NCBI GenBank assembly: GCA_965370555.1
Contig: CBDUVB010000002.1
Coordinates: forward strand, 39,467-103,466
DNA: 64,000 nt
Direction of reading: 5' to 3'
Source of the DNA: an uncultured bacterium
GTDB taxonomy: Bacteria; Bipolaricaulota; Bipolaricaulia; UBA7950; UBA9294
The notes beneath the pieces were generated by a model. It saw only the letters and a list, made by a program, of their open reading frames with translations. It was not told the origin of the DNA and did no database searches. The number at the start of each line of letters is the position of its first letter. Position 1 is the stretch's first letter. Shown piece after piece: positions 57,880 through 64,000 of this stretch. The position numbers were made by a program, and so were the translations under genes.

Positions 57880-58461
57880 TTAAATCATCGATAGAGCCTC
57901 ACTGCGCGTCGCTAGGTTGGTTTTAAACAACCCGCGAAGCGCTGTGGTCACCATCTTAGTCCCCGGTTTTTGTATCCCGCGAAGCGTCATACATAGATGC
58001 TCAGCTTCCAGGCGCACCAACACGCCATGAGGTCTAAGTCTTCTCATAAATACGTCGGCCAACTGTGAGGTCATGCGCTCCTGGAGCTGCGGACGGCTGG
58101 AGGCGATCTCCACCGCCCGGGCCAGTTTGCTGGCGCCAACGATCCTCTTGTCTTTCGGGATATATATCACAGCGGCCCTTCCAATGAACGGCAGGAGATG
58201 ATGTTCGCATACAGAGTGAAACTGGATATTTCGCACGGCAACCATCTCGTCGTAGTCGGCGCGGAAGAAGGTGGCGATCACATCTCCTGGGTCACGGTTT
58301 ATGTCCCGAAAGAAGTCATCGATAAACATCGAGCTGACACGCCGTGGGGTACCACGTAACCCCTCCTGAGTTAGGTCAAGATCCAGGCCTTCCATCAGCA
58401 GACGTACAGCCTGTTCCACCTTCTGCCTGTCCATTTCACCTTTTCGATGTATCCGCATCAA
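57880..58461 (-). CDS. folE: GTP cyclohydrolase I
   Basis: 193 aa; FHSVCEHHLLPF and zinc-ligand motifs. Confidence 0.9.
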   Translation of the reverse strand: MMRIHRKGEMDRQKVEQAVRLLMEGLDLDLTQEGLRGTPRRVSSMFIDDFFRDINRDPGDVIATFFRADYDEMVAVRNIQFHSVCEHHLLPFIGRAAVIYIPKDKRIVGASKLARAVEIASSRPQLQERMTSQLADVFMRRLRPHGVLVRLEAEHLCMTLRGIQKPGTKMVTTALRGLFKTNLATRSEALSMI

Positions 58462-58473
58462 AACCGATCTTTG

Positions 58474-60231
58474 TTAAAAGAGACCGACAACCTCTTCGTC
58501 ATCATCCACGTCGATATCCATAAAAGCCGGGTGGGTGGCTAGGCCAGGCATGGTGCTCATCTTCCCGATCAGCGGATAGATGAAGCCGGCACCTACGCTG
58601 GCACGCACCTCTCGCACCGGGACAGCAAACCCGGTCGGTGCCCCTTTTAGCGTCGGGTCGTGCGACAGCGAGAGGTGCGTCTTGGCCATGCATATCGGCA
58701 GGTTCCCGAAGCCCGCACGCTCGTAGTTCTCGATCTGCTTCTCGGCCAGTGGATCGTAGGTTACGCTGTCCGCACCGTAGATGTCCTTGGAAATCTTGTC
58801 GATCTTCTCCTTGATCGACCAGTCCAGTGGGTAGAGGAATTTGAAGTTCGAAGGTTTTTCGCAGGCAGAGACGACGGCCTTGGCCAGCTTCGCGGCGCCC
58901 TCGCCGCCGTTAGCCCAGTGCGTGGTAACGACTGAGTCCTTCGCGCCTTGGCCGACAGCGTATTCGCGGATCATCTCCAGTTCGGCCTCGGTGTCATCCC
59001 GAAAGGCATTCACAGCCACCACGACGGGGATACCGAACTTGAGCGCATTGCTGATGTGTACGCCGAGATTGCACAGGCCCTTCTCTAATAGTGGCAAATC
59101 CTCTTTGGTGTAGGCCGCATCCAGTGGCATTCCGGGCCTGACTGTGGGGCCGCCGCCGTGCATCTTGAGTGCCCGCACAGTTGCCACGAGCACGACCGCG
59201 TTCGGGATCAGGCCGGAGGTGCGGCATTTAATGTCGAAGAACTTCTCCATGCCGATGTCCGCGCCAAAGCCGCTTTCTGTAACCACGTAGTCGCCGAGCT
59301 TGATCGCTATCTTGTCCGCAATGATGGAACTGTTGCCGTGGGCGATGTTGGCAAACGGCCCTGCATGCACGAACGCCGGCTGCCCTTCCAGGGTCTGCAT
59401 GAGGTTGGGCATTAGCGCTTCTTTCATCAGGACCGTTACTGCACCGGCCACGCCCAGCTGCTCGACGTTGACAGGCTCGCCGTTTTTGTTGAGGCCTACC
59501 ATCATCTTGCCAAATCGTTCGCGCATGTCCTTAAACGAGGTAGTCAATGCAAGAATGGCCATGATTTCCGAGGCCACAGTGATATCAAAGCCAGTCGCCC
59601 GGGGGAATACCGGGCTTGGTGAGCCATCCTTCAGCTTGTCGTCATTGAAGCCGACCCGGATCTCGCGCAGGGTACGGTCGCACACGTCGACCACGCGCCG
59701 CCAAGAGATGGTGTCCGGATCGATGTCCAGGCGCTTCACACCGCGTTTGGCGAGCTGTTCGTCGGTCTGGCGGCTCTCGTGGTACAGACGCGTGTCGAGC
59801 GCGGCAGCGACCAGGTTGTGCGATACACTGATAGCATGGATGTCACCGGTGAGATGCAGGTTGAAATCCTCCATCGGGACGACCTGCGAGTAACCTCCGC
59901 CGGCTGCACCTCCCTTGATGTTGAAAGTGGGGCCCATGCTGGGCTGCCGAATGCAGCATATCACGTTCTTGCGCAGCTCTGAGCCCATAGCCTGGACTAG
60001 GCCGACCATGGTCGTGGACTTACCTTCTCCGAGGGGGGTCGGTGTGATGGCGGTGACGTCGATATACTTTCCGTCGGGCCGATCTTTGAGTCGCTTCAGG
60101 ATATCGAGCTTGACCTTGGCCTTCCACATCCCGAACGGTTCTAATTCCTCTTCGTTGATGCCCACTTCCCGGGCAATTTGGGTGATCGGCTTGAGTTTCG
60201 CCTCTTGCGCGATTTGAAGATCCGATTTCAT
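58474..60231 (-). CDS. fhs: Formate--tetrahydrofolate ligase
   Basis: 585 aa; [12 protein letters not shown]-loop and complete FTHFS signature. Confidence 0.95.
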   Translation of the reverse strand: MKSDLQIAQEAKLKPITQIAREVGINEEELEPFGMWKAKVKLDILKRLKDRPDGKYIDVTAITPTPLGEGKSTTMVGLVQAMGSELRKNVICCIRQPSMGPTFNIKGGAAGGGYSQVVPMEDFNLHLTGDIHAISVSHNLVAAALDTRLYHESRQTDEQLAKRGVKRLDIDPDTISWRRVVDVCDRTLREIRVGFNDDKLKDGSPSPVFPRATGFDITVASEIMAILALTTSFKDMRERFGKMMVGLNKNGEPVNVEQLGVAGAVTVLMKEALMPNLMQTLEGQPAFVHAGPFANIAHGNSSIIADKIAIKLGDYVVTESGFGADIGMEKFFDIKCRTSGLIPNAVVLVATVRALKMHGGGPTVRPGMPLDAAYTKEDLPLLEKGLCNLGVHISNALKFGIPVVVAVNAFRDDTEAELEMIREYAVGQGAKDSVVTTHWANGGEGAAKLAKAVVSACEKPSNFKFLYPLDWSIKEKIDKISKDIYGADSVTYDPLAEKQIENYERAGFGNLPICMAKTHLSLSHDPTLKGAPTGFAVPVREVRASVGAGFIYPLIGKMSTMPGLATHPAFMDIDVDDDEEVVGLF

Positions 60232-60379
60232 TCACTAACCTCCTGGTAATTTGGGTGATTAACCTCTTTAGATACTTATTCCTGCTTCCTGCCTATTTAC
60301 GCTGTAGGCTTGAGTTTCACCTCTTGCATAATCTTTAAATTCGACGGCATCTTAGGCTTTTTCATAACCGTTTCCTCCT

Positions 60380-61324
60380 TCAGGTTAAATTTCTCTCTAG
60401 GTCAAGGCCTGCCCCCTCCACGATCTTCGGCACGGCCTCCTCCCACTCGATTGCCATAATGTGAACTCCGTTGATCCCGGGGATCTCACGCACCTGCTGA
60501 ATAATCTCCGTGCAAATTTTGATCCCTTCGTCTGCACGTTTCTCCTTCGGGGTTTTCTTCATCCGGTCCACGATCTTGTCAGGCACGTCCATACCTGGTA
60601 CATTGGCGGCCATATAGCGCGCTGTCCCTAACGATTTGATCGGTCCCACTCCCGCAAGGATGTAAACCTTTTCGTCCAGGCCCATACCAGAGACCTTGCT
60701 CATGTACTCGCGGAATTTAGGTACGTTGTAGACCATTTGAGTCTGGATGAAATCGGCTCCCGCCGCTACCTTCTCAGCCAGCCGGTAAGGGCGGTATTCG
60801 AAGGGCGCAGCGAAGGGATTGGCCGCAGCACCTATAAAAAGACGCGGTTCGACCTTCATCTCTTCACCACACTGAAACTTCTTCTCATCCCGCATGTCCT
60901 TCACTATCTTGACGAACTGAACGGAGTCAATGTCGTAGACCCCTTTGGCCTCGGGATGGTTGCCGAAGGACATGTGATCGCCGCTGAGGCAGAGGACATT
61001 ATTCATCCCGAGCGCCGCAGCGCCCAACACATCCATCTGGAGGGCGATCCGGTTCCGATCGCGGCAGGTCATCTGAATCACCGGCTCCAGCCCCTCCCCC
61101 TTCTGGATGAGGCAGGCTGCCCAACTGGCCATGCGGACCACCGCCGTCTGGCCATCGGTGACATTGAAGGCATCGGCATATCCCTTTATCAACCTTGCCT
61201 TTCTCTTGACCACTTCGGGATCGGCGCTCTTCGGCGGACCGAGTTCTGCCGTAACTGCAAAGTTCCCTGACTCCAGGACTCTCTCCAGATTGCTCTCTGT
61301 TTTCATAGGTTTTGTCCCTCCCAT
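60380..61324 (-). CDS. metF: Methylenetetrahydrofolate reductase (acetogen-type MetF), copy 1
   Basis: 314 aa (possible start at MKTESN, 61306); FAD-binding TIM barrel motifs TCRDRNRIALQ. Confidence 0.85.
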   Translation of the reverse strand: MGGTKPMKTESNLERVLESGNFAVTAELGPPKSADPEVVKRKARLIKGYADAFNVTDGQTAVVRMASWAACLIQKGEGLEPVIQMTCRDRNRIALQMDVLGAAALGMNNVLCLSGDHMSFGNHPEAKGVYDIDSVQFVKIVKDMRDEKKFQCGEEMKVEPRLFIGAAANPFAAPFEYRPYRLAEKVAAGADFIQTQMVYNVPKFREYMSKVSGMGLDEKVYILAGVGPIKSLGTARYMAANVPGMDVPDKIVDRMKKTPKEKRADEGIKICTEIIQQVREIPGINGVHIMAIEWEEAVPKIVEGAGLDLERNLT

Positions 61325-62013
61325 TATTCGAGGCTGAGTGGAGCAACCTCGATCTTGCGAGGTCTCTGCATCTTGCTCCAGTCCTTTGGCTCTCTCATTT
61401 CTCTTAGTCTGTCGAACTCACCAAACGCCTTCAGCCTCTCGTAGATCATCACCCAGGCGCAATCGCGCTCGGGGTCTACCTCGCACTTGCCATCTTTGGT
61501 AACTCCTCCACACGGGCCATTAAGAAACCCTTTGGGACACTGGGTAAATGGGCAGATACCAGCGAGCCTGCCCAGCTCGCATTCGCCGCACTGCTGGCAC
61601 TTCTCCTTAAAGAGAGAAGGCCCCCCTCCCATGTGACCTATGGGATTGGTTGCCGGGTAGATGGGCTTCTGGAGGCCGAATTCCTCCTCGATGATGAGCT
61701 CTCGCACGACTTGTAGTCCATCACCGCAGCTTAGCATCAGGATGGCATCGCATTCCTTGATCTCCTGGCGATACTTGCTCAGGCGCTCTTTGCTCCAGGG
61801 AGCGTAGCAGGTGAACTCCCCGAACGGTGGCGCAACAGTAGCAAGAATGTTCTTCCCGTGCTTCGAAAGGGTGTCTGCCATCTCTTTCACCTCCGGCTCG
61901 CCGCCGGTGTGGAAGACCGTGGCGCAACCGCCGCACCCAACCAAGACTACCTTCTCTTTGCCCTGGAGGTATCCGAGGATCTCCTCGAGGGGCTTCTGAG
62001 TCTGCCCGATCAT
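61324..62013 (-). CDS. metV: MetV (MTHFR-associated zinc-ribbon/Fe-S subunit), copy 1
   Basis: 229 aa; Cys clusters VGCGGCAT and CQQCGEC...CPF.QCPKGFLNGPCGG. Confidence 0.8.
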   Translation of the reverse strand: MIGQTQKPLEEILGYLQGKEKVVLVGCGGCATVFHTGGEPEVKEMADTLSKHGKNILATVAPPFGEFTCYAPWSKERLSKYRQEIKECDAILMLSCGDGLQVVRELIIEEEFGLQKPIYPATNPIGHMGGGPSLFKEKCQQCGECELGRLAGICPFTQCPKGFLNGPCGGVTKDGKCEVDPERDCAWVMIYERLKAFGEFDRLREMREPKDWSKMQRPRKIEVAPLSLE

Positions 62014-62112
62014 GTTCTTCCTCCTTCAATTACGGTCTTGTCTAACTCTAATTCATTTGTAAACCAGCATCGCAATTTCCAGGCATTCCTGTATTGTTCT
62101 TACTTTCAGTTG

Positions 62113-62985
62113 TCAGATCGATATGCCTACTTCCGTGAGGATAGCCGGCACATATCGTTCCCAGCCCATCGTCATCAGATGTATCCCTTGACACATCTCC
62201 CGCGTCTCTCGGATGATGCGGGCGGTGATCTTGATGCTGGTGGCGACCTTATCGCTGGTCTCCTCCATCTCGGTGATAATTGAGTCGGGGACCTTTACTC
62301 CGGCCACGTTCTTGTTCATGTAGCGAGCCATCCCAGCCGACTTTAGAAGCACTAGTCCAAGCATCACCGGAACACCCAGCTCCTTTGCCTCTTCCATGAA
62401 CCCCCTGAACAGTTCCGGGTCATAGACAGCCTGCGTCTGGAAGAACTGCGCCCCGGCGGTTACCTTTCGCTGCATCTTTAGCAGCTGAAGATCCATTGGC
62501 TCATATCCCGGCGTGACCACTGCCCCCAAGAGGAAAGAAGGTTTCCCCTGCAGCTTGTTTCCAACATGGTCATATCCTTCCTTAAGTCTGTTTGCGGTCA
62601 TAAGCAGGGAGACTGAGTCGAGGTCAAACACCGGTTTTGCCTGTGGGTGATCCCCCAGTGTAACGTAGTCACCGGTGAGGCAAAGGACGTTCTCAATGCC
62701 CAGCGCATAGGCGCTTAAGAGATCGGATTGTAGCGCTATGCGATTGCGGTCTCGCGTGGTGAGCTGGAATATCGGTTCGAACCCTGATTCTTTGAGGAGA
62801 CGGCAGGAAGCGAGCGATCCCAGCCGCATCACCGAGCTCTGTTGGTCGGTTACGTTGACGGCGTGTACTTTTCCGCGTAGGTACTCGGCGTTCTTCAGCA
62901 TCTCGGAGACGTCCACCCCCTTGGGGGGCGCAACCTCTGCGGTGACGACAAACTTACCCTCCTTGAATAACTCACTGAGCTTCAT
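62113..62985 (-). CDS. metF: Methylenetetrahydrofolate reductase (MetF), copy 2
   Basis: 290 aa; about 45% identical to copy 1 (TTRDRNRIALQSDLL). Confidence 0.85.
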   Translation of the reverse strand: MKLSELFKEGKFVVTAEVAPPKGVDVSEMLKNAEYLRGKVHAVNVTDQQSSVMRLGSLASCRLLKESGFEPIFQLTTRDRNRIALQSDLLSAYALGIENVLCLTGDYVTLGDHPQAKPVFDLDSVSLLMTANRLKEGYDHVGNKLQGKPSFLLGAVVTPGYEPMDLQLLKMQRKVTAGAQFFQTQAVYDPELFRGFMEEAKELGVPVMLGLVLLKSAGMARYMNKNVAGVKVPDSIITEMEETSDKVATSIKITARIIRETREMCQGIHLMTMGWERYVPAILTEVGISI

Positions 62986-63697
62986 ATCCTGGCAACCTCG
63001 CTTTCCGGGGAGAATTGAGCACCTGCTGAAGACCGGAATATAGCCCTCTTATCCAAGGAGAGGCTTCGCGGCTTGCCCCACTTGGAGTAGTCTTTGGGTT
63101 CATAGTACCTATGCATCAGGTCCAATCTGCCGATGGCCTTCAATCTTTCGTAAATCAATTGCCAGCCGCAATCACGTTCCCTATCCACCTCACACTTACC
63201 ATCGCTAGCGCCGCCGCAAGGTCCATTCAGAAGCCCCTTAGGGCATAAGGTTACCGGACAAAGACCCCCGGTGTACTCAACGATACACTCCCCACAGAGG
63301 GAACAATACTCTGTGATGAAATCCTCGCTCAGTGTCTCACCACCGAAGATCGTATCGCAGCCGGGATGGACTATTTTCCTGTCATCGGTAGCGTCCAAAA
63401 CCGTATGCACCCCTTGCCCACAAGCAAGGACCAACAGAGCGTCGGCCTCTAAAACGGCCTCCCCATGCTCTTCGGTAAGCGACGTCTTCACATCCGAAAG
63501 TTTGCAAGTGCCAGGAGGAACCACCCACCCTGCAATCACTTTGCCTTTGTTTTCCAAACGCGACTTCATCTCCTTAGCCTCAGTCTCTCCGCCTGACTTA
63601 CATTTTGTAGCACAGTTTCCACAGCCGACGACAAAAACCTTGTTCTCTCCGTCTGAATAACCGAGGATCTCCTCTAGAGATTTCTATATTGCGGCAT
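62982..63697 (-). CDS. metV: MetV copy 2, interrupted near 5-prime end by a -1 frameshift in an A-run (annotated ORF begins only at Met 63569)
   Basis: Strong RBS GGAGA + ATG at 63697 gives MPQYRNL then TAG; the -1 frame continues KSLEEILGYSDGENKVFVVGCGNCATKCKSGGETEAKEMKSRL..., homologous to the MetV1 N-terminus; restoring one A in AAA (63681-63683) would give an intact 238-aa MetV. Confidence 0.65.
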
Positions 63698-63734
63698 GTA
63701 TAAAATCTCCTCTCTTATAAGATTGGGTTAAGTG

Positions 63735-64000
63735 TTATTCTTTCTCCTCTTCTACGGCCCACATTCGCGTCGATCTTATCTTGTTAGGTGGTCGCATCCT
63801 GGCATAGTCTTTGAAATGGGTTTTGCTCTGACTAAGCAGATCAAGGCGGTCTTGCCTCTTTAGGCGCTCGTAGACAATCTGCCAGCCGCAGGGTTGCTCC
63901 GGCTCCACCTCGCACATGCCATCGTGGGAGCCCCCGCAGGGGCCGTTCAGGAGCCCCTTAGCGCAGGCGGTGAGGGGGCAGACCCCCCCAGTGTACTCCA
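63735..64000 (-). CDS. metV: MetV-like protein, copy 3 (5-prime end beyond window)
   Basis: Reading frame open to window edge; translates ...TGGVCPLTACAKGLLNGPCGGSHDGMCEVEPEQPCGWQIVYERLK, the conserved MetV C-terminal Cys motif. Confidence 0.6.
   Translation of the reverse strand, partial: EYTGGVCPLTACAKGLLNGPCGGSHDGMCEVEPEQPCGWQIVYERLKRQDRLDLLSQSKTHFKDYARMRPPNKIRSTRMWAVEEEKE

Noticed and set aside
1-64000. Search for CRISPR arrays, tRNA/rRNA genes and intact IS elements or integrases
   Set aside because: No regularly spaced short direct repeats, no cloverleaf-compatible conserved tRNA boxes, no rRNA-like stretches and no full transposase or integrase ORFs were seen; only the IS630 remnant at 56027-56170 is reported.

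Overview
This is a 64-kb chromosomal window from a high-GC bacterium. By inference it is probably an anaerobic acetogen or CO-utiliser, possibly a Clostridia-like Firmicute: it has a SpoIVB-type S55 peptidase, YhaN/YhaO-like genes, CooT and a Wood-Ljungdahl cluster. No rRNA, tRNA, CRISPR array or intact IS element was found.

Left third (1-15.5 kb): housekeeping yajC-secD converges on holA. The 5-prime end of holA recurs as two further partial direct repeats. Together the three copies bound two tandem accessory segments of about 3.4 and 3.6 kb with no integrase. The first carries an OLD-family ATPase/Toprim nuclease-like gene and an AbiEi-like gene. The second carries a GT2 glycosyltransferase, a membrane protein and a DUF4062 protein. 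These are followed by a THEP1-like NTPase, a PPOX-family protein, a YhaN/YhaO (SbcE/SbcF)-like ATPase-phosphoesterase operon and a 5-prime-truncated rmuC.

Middle (15.5-34 kb): murF, S55 peptidase, trkA-trkH, a PKD/transglutaminase lipoprotein, acuC, a TGS-uridine-kinase fusion, xseAB, trxB, an acyl-CoA ligase, acyP, rarA, a CYTH protein, and prfB with its classical CTT-TGA-C +1 frameshift.

34-42 kb is a second accessory patch: higBA, an 85-bp hairpin-containing repeat family that also occurs inverted at 15.7 kb, tandem DUF4342 paralogs, membrane proteins, and two DUF4143 AAA ATPases plus a third-copy fragment.

Right third (42-64 kb) is a Wood-Ljungdahl cluster. It contains a GNAT-DUF3786 fusion, three cooC paralogs, acsB, acsC, RACo, acsD, acsE, cooS, cooT, an IS630-transposase remnant, an MttB-family methyltransferase, folE and fhs. 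It ends with metF-metV present as tandem paralog pairs, one metV carrying a 5-prime frameshift in an A-run, plus a third metV running off the window.
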